A DNA stretch of 64,000 bases from Sandaracinaceae bacterium (GTDB lineage Bacteria; Myxococcota_A; Polyangia; Polyangiales; Sandaracinaceae): the NCBI GenBank assembly GCA_044220955.1, contig JBGAQA010000031.1:1-64000 (forward strand), in the 5' to 3' direction. Of the stretch, positions 31,169 to 41,600 are shown one piece after another. The first letter of the stretch is position 1, and each line of letters starts with the position of its first letter. The translations under genes were made by a program, and so were the position numbers. The notes under the pieces were generated by a model. That model was given only the letters and a program-made list of their open reading frames with translations, was not told where the DNA came from and ran no database searches.

Positions 31169-32452
31169 CTACTCCAAGAAGGCGTGCCGCATCGCGACGA
31201 GCAGCGGATCGCGCGAGCCCGCGGGCATCGAGGGCACGTGGCCCTCGGGGATGGCCCAGATGATCGCGCCGCCGAGACCGTGCGACGCGACGTACGCCCC
31301 CTTGGCGGCGATCGAGGTCTCGTCGTCGTACGAGACGAAGGTGCAGCCCTCGGGGCCATGAGGCGAGGAGAACGAGAGGTAGCCCTCCTGCGCCAGGGTG
31401 TCGTAGTGGTAGGCGCCCGCCGAGAAGTACGCCGACAAGATGTGGTCGTAGGTCATCACGTTGTCGCTGAAGGCGATGTGCGCGCTCGCCGTCGACTGGT
31501 GGGGCGCGGTCACGCCCGTCCAGCAGTCGCCGTAGAAGCCGACCCCGATCCCGAGCGTGCCCGCGGGGACGCCCCCTGCCAGGTAGCCCTGCACGCTCGA
31601 GTCGATCGAGCTCGGCGTGGTGCCGCCCTCGCCCATCAGCGCGCTGCCGTGCCAGCTCTCCCAGCCGCTCCAGCCGTCGGCGTCCGAGCCGGCCATGTCG
31701 TAGCTCATGATGTTCAGCTGATCGACGTCGGGCGCGACGCTCGCCCAGACCGAGCTCACGGTCGGGAAGTTCGCGTTGAGCCAGCCGATCGGCACGGTGA
31801 TGATCATCGTGGGCCGCGCGACGCGGAGCGCGTGGACGAGCGCGGTGAACGCGGGCTCGTCGGCCGTCTCGAGCGGCTCCCAGTCCACGTCGACGCCGTC
31901 GAAGTGCAGGTCGTCCATCGCGGCGAGGATCGTGTCGACGAAGTGCGCGCGCGTCGCGTCGCTCGCCGCCGCGACCCACCCCGCGTGCTCGCCGGCGCCG
32001 CCGAGCATCAGGATCGGATGGCGGCCGGCGGCGCGCGCGCGGTCCGCGAGGTCTCGCGCGAAGACGGGGCCGCTCGTGGGGTCGATGTCGAAGCTGGTGT
32101 CCAGCTCGCCGCCCGCCCGCGGCGTCGCGCGCCCGACCGCGAGGTGCGTCATCGACGAGAAGTCGATCTCGCCCGGCGGCAGCGACGCGCGGAGGTAGCC
32201 GGGGTAGTAGCCCATGACCCAGCGGCCCGTCGCCGAGGTGCCGCCGTCGGCGCCCGGCGTGCCCGAGTCGACGGGAGGCGTGCCCGTGTCGACAGGAGGC
32301 GCGCCGACGTCCTCGAAGACATCCGTCGGCATCCCGGCGTCCCGCGGCGTCCCCGCGTCCGACCCGGGCCCCGCGTCGGCGACGCCCGCCGCGTTCGCAC
32401 CGCAGCCAGAGACCCCCACGGCGAGCCACACCAGCAGACGTGCGATTCGCAT
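31169..32452 (-). CDS. Glycoside hydrolase family 18 (chitinase-like) lipoprotein
   Basis: Lipobox VSGC; LMLGG, FDGVDVDWE catalytic motif, NIMSYD, G..FYG, GAIIW. Confidence 0.88.
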   Translation of the reverse strand: MRIARLLVWLAVGVSGCGANAAGVADAGPGSDAGTPRDAGMPTDVFEDVGAPPVDTGTPPVDSGTPGADGGTSATGRWVMGYYPGYLRASLPPGEIDFSSMTHLAVGRATPRAGGELDTSFDIDPTSGPVFARDLADRARAAGRHPILMLGGAGEHAGWVAAASDATRAHFVDTILAAMDDLHFDGVDVDWEPLETADEPAFTALVHALRVARPTMIITVPIGWLNANFPTVSSVWASVAPDVDQLNIMSYDMAGSDADGWSGWESWHGSALMGEGGTTPSSIDSSVQGYLAGGVPAGTLGIGVGFYGDCWTGVTAPHQSTASAHIAFSDNVMTYDHILSAYFSAGAYHYDTLAQEGYLSFSSPHGPEGCTFVSYDDETSIAAKGAYVASHGLGGAIIWAIPEGHVPSMPAGSRDPLLVAMRHAFLE

Positions 32453-32470
32453 CCGGGGAAGATACGTCGT

Positions 32471-33217
32471 TCAGCGCGAGAGATCGATCGCCAGATCCTG
32501 TGCCAGCGCCCGCATGTGCTCGACGAGATCTCCTCCGAGCACCAGGGTCGCGTCGTCGTCGAAGGGCGTGGCGTCGCGGTTCACGATCACGACCTTGCCG
32601 CCGCGATCGATCACGGATGGCACGAGATCCGACACGGGCGCGACCTCGAGCGAGGTGCCCATCGCGACGAAGAGATCGCACGCGCCGGTCGCGGCCTGGG
32701 CGCGCTCGAAGCTCGGATCGAGCGCCTCGCCGAAGAGCACGACGTCCGGCTTCACCAGGCCGCTGCACACGGTGCACGTCGGCGCCTCGCCCTCCCCGAG
32801 CTCCGCGAGGAACGACCGTGTGGCGTAGCGCGCGCCGCAGGTCAGGCATCGCGCGCGGTGGAAGTTGCCGTGGACCTCGAGCGGGTCCCGCGAGCCCGCG
32901 ACCGAGTGCAGGCCGTCGACGTTCTGCGTGATGAGCGTGTGCACCAGCCCGCGCGCCTCGAGGCGCGCGATCACGCGGTGCGCGTCGTTGGGGAGCGCGC
33001 GCGCGAGGCCGCCGAGGTGCCGGGCCCAGAAGTCGAAGAAGCCGCGAGGATCCGCGCGGAAGCCGGCGATCGAGGCGACGCGCATCGCGTCCTCGCGCGA
33101 CCAGAGGCCGTGATCTCCCCGGAAGTCCGGGATCCCCGACGCGGTCGACACCCCGGCGCCCGTGAGGACCACGCACGCGCGCGAGGCGCGGATCAGCGAC
33201 GCGAGCGACTCGCCCAT
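32471..33217 (-). CDS. cobB: NAD-dependent protein deacylase (sirtuin)
   Basis: TGAGVSTASGIPDFRG, TQNVDGLH, HG, two CxxC, KPDVVLFGE, GTSL. Confidence 0.92.
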   Translation of the reverse strand: MGESLASLIRASRACVVLTGAGVSTASGIPDFRGDHGLWSREDAMRVASIAGFRADPRGFFDFWARHLGGLARALPNDAHRVIARLEARGLVHTLITQNVDGLHSVAGSRDPLEVHGNFHRARCLTCGARYATRSFLAELGEGEAPTCTVCSGLVKPDVVLFGEALDPSFERAQAATGACDLFVAMGTSLEVAPVSDLVPSVIDRGGKVVIVNRDATPFDDDATLVLGGDLVEHMRALAQDLAIDLSR

Positions 33218-34128
33218 CAGCTCGGCGGCGGCGCGGGCGTCCCCGTGCTGGTCACCGGCGGCGACGGAGCGTCGTCGGCGGCCCTGGGCGCGAGCCGCGG
33301 CCACGCGAGGCGCTCGCGCAGGAAGTCCTCGATCCGGCCGAGGGCCTCGGGCGCCGTGCCGAAGATCACCACCCCGTGGGCATCTCCGTCGACGATCATC
33401 GGCTCGATGCGCGTGACGCGCCCGTAGGCGGCGGCGGTGTCCGCCGAGTCCGTCTCGGCCCGCGACGCGATCGCGAAGATCGCGCGGTCGTCCATGTGCA
33501 TCGCGGGCGTGATCGCGTCGAAGCCGTGGTAGGCGCGCCCCGGCGAGACCGTGACCATGACCTGTAGCCGCGGCTCCTCCGCGGCGGCCGCCACGATGGC
33601 GGAGCAGCCGATGCTGGCGCCGACGGCCGAGATCGACGACGGAGTGACGCCCGACTCCGGGCTCGCGAGGAACGCGACCGCCGCGAGCACGTCGAGGCGC
33701 GTCGCCGCCCACGCGGCCGGATCGAAGCTCTGCCAGTCGAGGTTCCCGCTCGCGCCGCGCGTGCTCGCCCCGTGGCCGCGCAGATCGATCGCCAGCGTGG
33801 TGAAGGCCGGCGCGGCGTGCAGGCGCTCGAGCAGCGAGGCCCACTCGGCGCGGGTGGAGCCGAGCTGGTGCACCAGGACGATGGCCGGCGCATCGAGGCG
33901 CGTGGCGCGCTGGATGGTGCCCGCGATCGTCACTCCGTCACTCGTCGTGAACGTGACGTCGCGCGGGGCGGGGAGCGCGTCGAGGGCCGCGGGCGCCGCC
34001 GTGGGCTCCGGCTCGGCGCGGTGCCCGGGCCCGCTCAGCCGTGGAGCGGGGTCGCCGGTGCAAGCGAGCAGCAGCAGCGCGCAGACGGCGGCGATCGTGG
34101 CGCGGGAGGACGGGGTAGCCGGGGACAT
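33217..34128 (-). CDS. Alpha/beta hydrolase lipoprotein
   Basis: LLAC lipobox; DLRGHGAS, GASIG nucleophile elbow, C-terminal HG. Confidence 0.8.
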   Translation of the reverse strand: MSPATPSSRATIAAVCALLLLACTGDPAPRLSGPGHRAEPEPTAAPAALDALPAPRDVTFTTSDGVTIAGTIQRATRLDAPAIVLVHQLGSTRAEWASLLERLHAAPAFTTLAIDLRGHGASTRGASGNLDWQSFDPAAWAATRLDVLAAVAFLASPESGVTPSSISAVGASIGCSAIVAAAAEEPRLQVMVTVSPGRAYHGFDAITPAMHMDDRAIFAIASRAETDSADTAAAYGRVTRIEPMIVDGDAHGVVIFGTAPEALGRIEDFLRERLAWPRLAPRAADDAPSPPVTSTGTPAPPPS

Positions 34129-34147
34129 CGACGCCGACTCTATCGGC

Positions 34148-34882
34148 TCAGCGCTCGATGCGCACGACGCGGTCGGGCGGCAGGCCCGCGACCAGCGCTG
34201 CGACCGCGGCGTCCAGCGCCGCCGCCTCGCGGCCGTCGACGGTCACCTTCACCGTGTACTCGGGATCGCCGAGCCGCGGATAGCTGCCGATCGCGACCCC
34301 GGTGAAGCGGGCCTCGACGTCGGCGAGCAGTGCAGCGATCTCGCCCTCGTCGCAGCGCGTGTAGACCGCGCGGGTGAGGAAGGGCTCGCCTCGGCCGAGC
34401 CGCTCCCGCACCAGCTCGAACTTCAGCCGGAAGATCTGCGGCACGCCCGGGAGCACCCAGACGTTGTCCACGCGCAGCACCGGCCACGACATCTTCTCGC
34501 TCGCCACCAGCTCGCCGCCCTCCGGCATCTCCGCCATGCGCAGGTGGCCCTCCGTCGTGCGGACGCCGAAGTGCTCACGGATGCGGTGCTCGAGGCTCGG
34601 GTCGCGGACCAGCCGTCGGCCGAACGATCGCGCGACCGCCGGGATCGTCACGTCGTCGTGCGTGGGGCCGACGCCTCCGCTCGTGAACACGACGTCGTGC
34701 GCCTCGCGCAGCGCGCGCACGTCGCTCGCGATGACCAGCTCGTCGTCCGCACAGACCACGATGCGCGCCAGCCGGATCCCCAGCGCGAAGAGCTCGCGCG
34801 CGAGGAACGGCACGTTCTCCTCCACGACCTTGCCGGTCAGGATCTCGTTGCCGATCACCAGGAACGCCGCGCGCGTACCCAC
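34148..34882 (-). CDS. CinA N-terminal/MoeA-like (COG1058) protein, without PncC domain
   Basis: IGNEILTGK..N, TSGGVGPTHDDVT, LPGVP, IGSYP. Confidence 0.88.
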   Translation of the reverse strand: MGTRAAFLVIGNEILTGKVVEENVPFLARELFALGIRLARIVVCADDELVIASDVRALREAHDVVFTSGGVGPTHDDVTIPAVARSFGRRLVRDPSLEHRIREHFGVRTTEGHLRMAEMPEGGELVASEKMSWPVLRVDNVWVLPGVPQIFRLKFELVRERLGRGEPFLTRAVYTRCDEGEIAALLADVEARFTGVAIGSYPRLGDPEYTVKVTVDGREAAALDAAVAALVAGLPPDRVVRIER

Positions 34883-34916
34883 CGGGACGATGGTACGCCA
34901 GCGCGAGTCGCGCGCC

Positions 34917-37900
34917 TCAATTGCTCGAGGTGATGACCACCGAGCGCTGATCGATCTGCGAGGTGGCGCGGCAGAAGGCCGCGAACGCGGGGTACGTCGC
35001 GACCGGAACCAGGCCGATCGGCAAGCGCACGTGGCGGGTGAGCGTGATCGTTCCGTCCTGGCCGGTGGCGACCTCGAGCGTGGTGTGCCCGCCGGCGGGG
35101 CCGGTCACGTCCGCGGGCTCCGGCGGATGGAGCACGCCCGGACCGCGCACCGAGAGCGTCACCCGCGTGTCCACCTCGCCGACGAGCTCGGTGGTGGTGC
35201 GCGCCTCGAGGCGCGCGAAGCCCGCCTCCAGCCCGCTCGGGAAGAGCGGCACGACGTGGTAGCCGTCCCGCGCGGGGCGGATGAGCCCCGCGGTGTCCGC
35301 GACGAACGCGATCGAGAGCGGTCCCTCCCAGTCGTCGAGGCCCTCGACCCGGACGGTGGACGGATCACTGCTGCCCCCGGGGACGACCGAAGGCACGAAG
35401 CGCTCCGCGATCACCGTCGCTCGCTCGGCAGGCGCGACCTGCTCGATCCCCGTGCGCAGCTCGGCCGCCGCGCCGCCCGTGAACGCCATCGTCAGGGTCA
35501 CGCGTGCGGCGCCGCTCTCCGCGATCTCGATCCCGCCCTCGACGCGCTGGGTCGACGGCGTGCCCTGCGAGGCCGGCAGGGTCACGTGGCCCAGCCCGGG
35601 CTCGATCACGATCGCGTCCTGACCTCGGAGGCCGGGGGGCAGGAAGTCGTGCGCGACGCCGCGCGCGATCGTGCAGAGGTAGAGTGGCCCCTCGGGCAGC
35701 GTGGCCGCGACCAGGCTCGACGCGTAGACGTCGGCGTCGGGCGCGGTGTCCATCGGCGGCGCCCCGGAGAGCTCGCGAGCGTAGACGATGCGCGCGGGGA
35801 TCCCGGCCATCTCGAGCAGATAGCGCAGCACGCGGAGGCGGTTGCCTCGCCGGGCCGCGACCATGAGCGGCGCCGAGCTGAAGAAGGCGCCGTCGGCCGG
35901 CTCGACGTTGTCCATCACCCAGCGGTGGATGCGCTGCGCCTGCTCGCGCGGCGAGAGACCCTGCGCGTGCTCGAAGACCTCTTCCTCCAGCAAGCGCGAG
36001 GCCGCCGGGTCGTGGACGTCGAGGCCGAGAAGCCCGTCGTAGACCCCGCCGTACATGTGCTCCCACGTGACCCGGGCCACGGCGCGCAGGCTGGGGAGCA
36101 CGGGCGGGCTCGCGACCCAGTTCGGCTCGGCGACCAGCGGCTGGCTCTGCTCCATCACGAAGCGGCTGGAGCGCAGGCCGTTCTCCTCCGTCACCGTCGG
36201 CGGCGGCACCGGGCCACGCACGTCGAACGTGAGCGGCATGTCGACGGGCGAGACGAAGATCATCTCGGAGTGGTCGAAGGGGGAGGTGAAGTTCTGGAAC
36301 ACCCAGCCCTCCGACTCGTACGCATCGCCCCACGAGGGCGCGTGCTCGCGCACGATCTCGTACTCGACGTAGTCGCCCACCTCGAGCGGGGGCATGTCGG
36401 TGCTGCTGTCGATCGAGTCCGGCTCGCGCACGACCCCGCCGGGGCCGATCGCGCGCACGGTGAGCACGCGCCCGCTCAGGTCGAGCGAGCCGAAGCGCTC
36501 GACGCCCTCGGCGGTCTGCACGCGATAGATCTGGTGCACCAGGTCGAGCGCGCTCCCGTCCGAGAACACGCGCGTGACCATGTAGTCGAAGACGAGCACG
36601 GCCGCGTGGCCCTCGTAGGCTCGGCCGGACGCCTCGAAGCGACGCACGACGTCGAGGCCGTCGACGCGCCAGGGGTCCATCACGTCGCGGCCGGAGAGGG
36701 CGAACGAGAGGCTGCGCAGGTCGGAGGCACGGCGCGGCACGCGCGCCGCCTCGGTCTCGACCGCGGCGAGCGCATCGGCGCGGCGGCCCGCAGCGTACGC
36801 GCGGTCCGCGGTCCGCAGCACCAGCTCGCCGGGCTGCGCCTCGGCCTCTTCCTCCGCGACGAGGCGCTGCTCCTCGGCCGCGTCTCCCGAGGCGCGGGCG
36901 ATGCGAAGCGCGAGCGAGCGCCGCGTGTCCTCGTCCTCGAGCGGCGCGATGCGCGCCAGCTCGGCGCGCGCTCCGACCCAGTCACGGCGGCCGACCCGCA
37001 GATCCAAGCGCGCGCTGCTCCCGGCGTCGCACGCGAGCAGCGCGTCGGCGAGCGCGTCGAGCTGCTCCATCCGGCCGCGCGACGCGAGCGAGCTGAAGCG
37101 GGCGCCCGTGACCGCGCAGGCGTCGGGGCGGAGCGCCGTCGCGCGGGCGAGCGCCTCGTCCGCGTCGGCGACGTAGCCCGCGCTCGCGAGCGTGGCGGCG
37201 AGGCCGAGCTGGACGCTCGCCATGTGCGAGAAGCGCGCGGCCACCGCGCGCTGCGCCGCGAGCGACTCGACGTCGCCCGTCTCGAGCGACGCCGCCTGCG
37301 ACGCGGGCCAGTACGCCTCGGGATCCCGCGAGGTCGCGAGCGCGACGAGCCGGCGCTCGTCGTCGGCGCGGCGCGTGTCGGGCACGTAGGGATCGACCGA
37401 CGCGACGCGCGCCGCGAGCGAGAGCAGCGTCGCGGACGAGTCGCCGGTCACGCGCGTCCGGAGCAGCTCGCGCACGCCGACCGTGTCGCCGCGATCGGAG
37501 AGCACGTCGGCCGTGACGAAGAGCGCGAGCGGTCCCTCGGGCGCCTCCGGCAGCGCGAGGCCGGCCTCGGGCGAGTACTCGCCGTCGGCGCGGTCGAGGA
37601 GCCAGACGAGCGCGGGCGAGGCGACGCGCGAGGCGAGCTTCAGCTCGAGCTCGTGGTCGCCGGCCGTGAGATCGAGCGGGACGTAGATCGTCGAGCCATA
37701 CCAGCGCTCGCGGCGGTCGATCCTCGCGACGACCTCGCCGTCGACGCGGAGCTGCACGCTCCCGCTCGCCCCGAGCGAGAGCACGTAGCGGCCCCCGGCG
37801 GGCGCGTGCAGCGTCGCCTCGACGACCCGCGTCCCGGTCCCGCGCGCCTCGGGCGGGGCGTCCTCGGTGAGCGAGAGCGCGCCGTGCTCGGCGTGCAGCG

Positions 37901-38615
37901 TGCGCGTGTCCAGCGGACCGCGTCCAGGCCCGAGGTCGTAGCGGTCGGCCATCGCTCCGCCGCCCTCGGCGGGCAGCGTCTCGTCGAAGCCGGACAGCAC
38001 CGTGATGCCGAAGGGCCCTGCGACGCGGGCCACCGTCGGGGCGCCCATCGACGCGTAGAGGCGCTGCTCCTCCGCGACGTCGGCCCGCTCGAGCGCGAGC
38101 GACGCGAGCCAGAGGAGCAGCTGTCGGCGCACGGGGAGGCCGACGCGGCCCGGGTGCGCGAACGCCGCCTCGAGCACGGGCCGCACGCGCGGGACGAAGC
38201 GCGGCGCATCGACGCGCAGATCGTGAAGGTACGCGAGCGACGACTCCGCGTAGGCCGGCGCGAGCGGGTCCTCGCTGGCACCGGCCAGCGCGATGACCTC
38301 GAGGAACGCGTCGAGCGCAGCATCGGCGTGCCCGTGCTGCTCCGCGAGGACCGCGCGCAGGTACGCCAGCCCGACGTCGGCGGGGCGGAGCTCCGCCGCG
38401 CGGGCGATCGCCGCGTCCGCCCGCGCGACGTCGCCGCCGTCTCCGAGCGCCTCCCACTCCGCGAGCGCCCGCTGGAAGGGCGCCTCGTCGGGGTGCGCGG
38501 CCGCCTCCGCGCGAACACGATCGATCTCGGCGACCGCCTCGGTCCCCGTGGGGTGCTGCGCGCCGCCGCAGCCGAGCGTCAGCGCGAGGGCGGTCCAGAG
38601 GGTCACGCGGGTCAT
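34917..38615 (-). CDS. Large TPR + DUF3857 + degenerate transglutaminase-like lipoprotein
   Basis: ATG 38615 MTRVTLWTALALTLGC; VAGPF, TPR helices, P.LEVGDYVEY; GNR in place of GDCKD. Confidence 0.8.
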   Translation of the reverse strand: MTRVTLWTALALTLGCGGAQHPTGTEAVAEIDRVRAEAAAHPDEAPFQRALAEWEALGDGGDVARADAAIARAAELRPADVGLAYLRAVLAEQHGHADAALDAFLEVIALAGASEDPLAPAYAESSLAYLHDLRVDAPRFVPRVRPVLEAAFAHPGRVGLPVRRQLLLWLASLALERADVAEEQRLYASMGAPTVARVAGPFGITVLSGFDETLPAEGGGAMADRYDLGPGRGPLDTRTLHAEHGALSLTEDAPPEARGTGTRVVEATLHAPAGGRYVLSLGASGSVQLRVDGEVVARIDRRERWYGSTIYVPLDLTAGDHELELKLASRVASPALVWLLDRADGEYSPEAGLALPEAPEGPLALFVTADVLSDRGDTVGVRELLRTRVTGDSSATLLSLAARVASVDPYVPDTRRADDERRLVALATSRDPEAYWPASQAASLETGDVESLAAQRAVAARFSHMASVQLGLAATLASAGYVADADEALARATALRPDACAVTGARFSSLASRGRMEQLDALADALLACDAGSSARLDLRVGRRDWVGARAELARIAPLEDEDTRRSLALRIARASGDAAEEQRLVAEEEAEAQPGELVLRTADRAYAAGRRADALAAVETEAARVPRRASDLRSLSFALSGRDVMDPWRVDGLDVVRRFEASGRAYEGHAAVLVFDYMVTRVFSDGSALDLVHQIYRVQTAEGVERFGSLDLSGRVLTVRAIGPGGVVREPDSIDSSTDMPPLEVGDYVEYEIVREHAPSWGDAYESEGWVFQNFTSPFDHSEMIFVSPVDMPLTFDVRGPVPPPTVTEENGLRSSRFVMEQSQPLVAEPNWVASPPVLPSLRAVARVTWEHMYGGVYDGLLGLDVHDPAASRLLEEEVFEHAQGLSPREQAQRIHRWVMDNVEPADGAFFSSAPLMVAARRGNRLRVLRYLLEMAGIPARIVYARELSGAPPMDTAPDADVYASSLVAATLPEGPLYLCTIARGVAHDFLPPGLRGQDAIVIEPGLGHVTLPASQGTPSTQRVEGGIEIAESGAARVTLTMAFTGGAAAELRTGIEQVAPAERATVIAERFVPSVVPGGSSDPSTVRVEGLDDWEGPLSIAFVADTAGLIRPARDGYHVVPLFPSGLEAGFARLEARTTTELVGEVDTRVTLSVRGPGVLHPPEPADVTGPAGGHTTLEVATGQDGTITLTRHVRLPIGLVPVATYPAFAAFCRATSQIDQRSVVITSSN

Positions 38616-41600
38616 CGCAGGCCTCCGATCGCGATGCGGGCGCGCAGGAGCGCGTCGGCTTGCTCGCAGAATGCCCGGAAGGCGGCGTAGTCCTCGGGCG
38701 CGACGCGCGAGACGCGCATCTCGAGCGTCGTGTCCACGGCCACCTCGTTCGTTCCGGGCGTCAGGCGCATCGTCAGGCGAGCGAAGGGCGTGTCGATCGA
38801 GCCCCCCTGGGGGACGTCGGTGATCGTCATCCCCGCCGGCACGCGCACGACGCGGTGCTCCTCGTAGTGGAAGGGCGGCCCGAGCTCGAAGGGATGGCGA
38901 CGCGTCGCGAGCGGCGCCCACGTCTGTGTGAAGCCGCCGAGGGTGCTCGCGCCGAGGCGCAGGGTCGCGCCGTCGCGCTCGCCGATCTGGGCGACGTGGC
39001 CCGCCCAGGTGAAGTGCAGCGGCTGCTCGCGATCGGTGATCGCGTCGAAGCTCTGCGCGTCGAGGGTCAGGCCCGTGAAGACCGAGCCGAGGGACTGCTC
39101 GAGCCGCTGCTCGCGCGTCTCGGGCGACTCGTAGCGTCCGCGCGCCGCCATGGCCTCGCTCCCGTTCAGCGTCTCGCTCGCGGCGAGCGCTGCGGTCCCG
39201 TCGGCCGCGAGCGTGAGGGTGACCTCGCGGTGCCGGCCGCTCTCGCCGGGCGCGCGGATCGGGATGTGCCGGAGCTCGGCGCTCGTCGGGCCGACCACGA
39301 GCGTCAGCGCGCCCTGGTCGCCGGAGGGCAGCTCCGAGATGCCGCCGTGCTCCGCGGTGCCATCCAGGAAGAGATCCAGCGCGGGGACGTACGCGATCGC
39401 GTGGTCGAAGATCGCCAGGGATGCCGGGGAGGACTCGATCTCGCCGTTCCGCGTCGTGCGCACGAGCGCGATGCGCGCGTCGATGCCGGCGATGGTGAGC
39501 ATCGCGTAGAGCAGCGACGCCGTGTCCTTGCAGTCGCCGAAGCCGCGCTGGACGACGTCTGCGACGCGGTAGGGCTGGAAGCCGTGGATGCCGAGCTCGA
39601 GCCCGACGTAGCGCACGTGATCGGTCGCCCACGCGTAGATGCGCGCCACCCTCGTCCGCAGATCGGGGGCATCGTCGACGAGCTCGTGGACCGTGCGGAT
39701 CAGCTCCGCGTCGGGGACGAGCTGCTCGGCCGCGAGCCCCCACCAGAAATGGCCGACCGCCTCCCACGAGTCGAACGTCGAGACGTGGAGATAAGGAGAG
39801 ACCTCGGTGTAGCCCGGCATGCCCGGCTCCGAGTGCGTCGCCGCGACGTCGAGCGCGGTGTAGCGCTCGACGTGCTGCGTGCCTTCCGTCTCGGACGCGT
39901 GCTCCATCGGGATCGACGGAACGCGGAAGTGCAGTGTCCGCGACGCCGGCGTGATGAAGATCTCGTCGATGCGCGCGGTCGGGATCCCGGAGGCCAGGCC
40001 CCGCATGTTGCCGAAGTAGTCGGCGAAGTCGTTCTGCGCCGCGATGTCCTCGACGCGGTAGCGCAGCTCGATCACGTCGCCCGGCTCGAGGACCGGCAAG
40101 GTCACGACGACCTCTCGGGCCGAGTAGTAGATCCTGTACTGCGGCTCGGCGAGGCTGCGCTCGCTCGTGTGGTACGAGGAGAGGATCTGGTCTCCGCGCA
40201 GGACGCGGGCCGCGCGCACGTCCACCCACTGCGTCGCCGGCTCGTAGTAGATCGCGTGCGCACGGTAGCCGCGCGCGCCCTCGTCGTCGTGGATCTGGAT
40301 CACGAGCTGACGGAAGCGCGAGGAGAGGCCGTTCTCGTGGACCGTGTGCACGGTCGCGTCGTGCAGGATCGTGGCCGGCCACTCTCCGTCGGGGCGGCGG
40401 CGCGCGAGGATCTCCTCGATGGGCGTCGCGTACGCCTCGTCGGCGCGATCCTCGGGCTCGATCTGCTCGACGAGCATGCGCGTGCTCGCGTCCTGCGGCC
40501 GCAGAGCGAGCGCCTCGCGGAGCGTGCCCAGCGCCGCGTCTCGCCGCCCGAGGCGCAGCATGTACTGCCCCAGCGCGACGCGCGCGTTCGCGTCGTCGGG
40601 GTCGAGGTCGGCCGCTGCGCGCAGCTGGTCGACGGCCTCGCTCTCCATCGAGAGCGCGTCGTAGAGGCCCGAGGCCCAGCTCATGGTCGACACGTCGTTC
40701 GGGTGGAACGCGAGCTCCTCGGCGATCATCGCGAGCGCCTCGTCGCGCGCGCTGCGCGCCACGGCGTCGTCGACGAGCTGGTGCCGCGTGGCGGTGTCGT
40801 CGGCCCGGATCGCCAGCAGCTGCCGTCGCAGCTCGAGCGAGCGGTCGACGTGTCCGCGTGCGCTCTCCGACTCGGCGAGCATGCGCACGTAGATGGGAGC
40901 GCCGGGAACCGCGCTCGCGAGCTGCGCATAGAGCGCGTGCGCGCTCTCGTCGAGGCCGAGCGCCCGCAGGAGCTGGGCGCGCGTGGCCGTCGCGGAGAGA
41001 GACGTGATCGTGCCAGGCGGGATCGCCTCGAGCATCGCGAGCGCGCGCTCCCCCGCCGGTCCGCCCATCGTCAGCCCCGCGTTCGCCAAGAGGACGCGCG
41101 GGTCGCGGGGCGCGAGGGCGACGGCCTGCGCGATCAGGCGCGCCCTCTCGCGGCGGGTGGTCTGTTGCTCCGCGGCGTAGAGCAGGTTCTCGACCGTCGC
41201 GTGGAGCTCGGTCGCGCGGAGGGCGAGATCGCGCACGCGATGTTCCGACGCGTCGGAGCCGCCCGTGTAGCCGAGGTAGCGGGCGAGCGCCTCGTGCGCC
41301 GCGGCGTCGGTGGCGTGCGCTCCGACCTGCGCCTCGAGCTCGGCCAGGACCGTGACCGGCGCCGTCGGCAGCGTCGGCTCGGTCGCGGGCGCGGGCGCGG
41401 CGAGCGAGGCCCCGGCGGGATCGGCGTTCAGGCTCGCGATGGGCGTCCCGTCGGGCTCCGCGACGCGCAGGTTGAACGCGGCTCCGGCGCTCGCGCCGCA
41501 CACCTTCACGAGGACCCGGTTCCAGCCCGCGCGACCGGAGACGATCGCCGCGTCGCGGTCGAGGTCGATCGTGCGGTACACGTGGTCGTCGATCACCTGC

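Noticed and set aside
32471..33217. Sirtuin as an anti-phage Sir2 effector
   Set aside because: Canonical short zinc-binding CobB-type deacylase with no defence partners nearby.
34374..38690. 1438-aa plus-strand ORF, and similar long ORFs such as 74-2173, 4707-8075, 16660-19674, 38660-41641 and 45727-48663
   Set aside because: Antisense shadows of genuine genes caused by stop-codon scarcity at high GC; no recognisable motifs.
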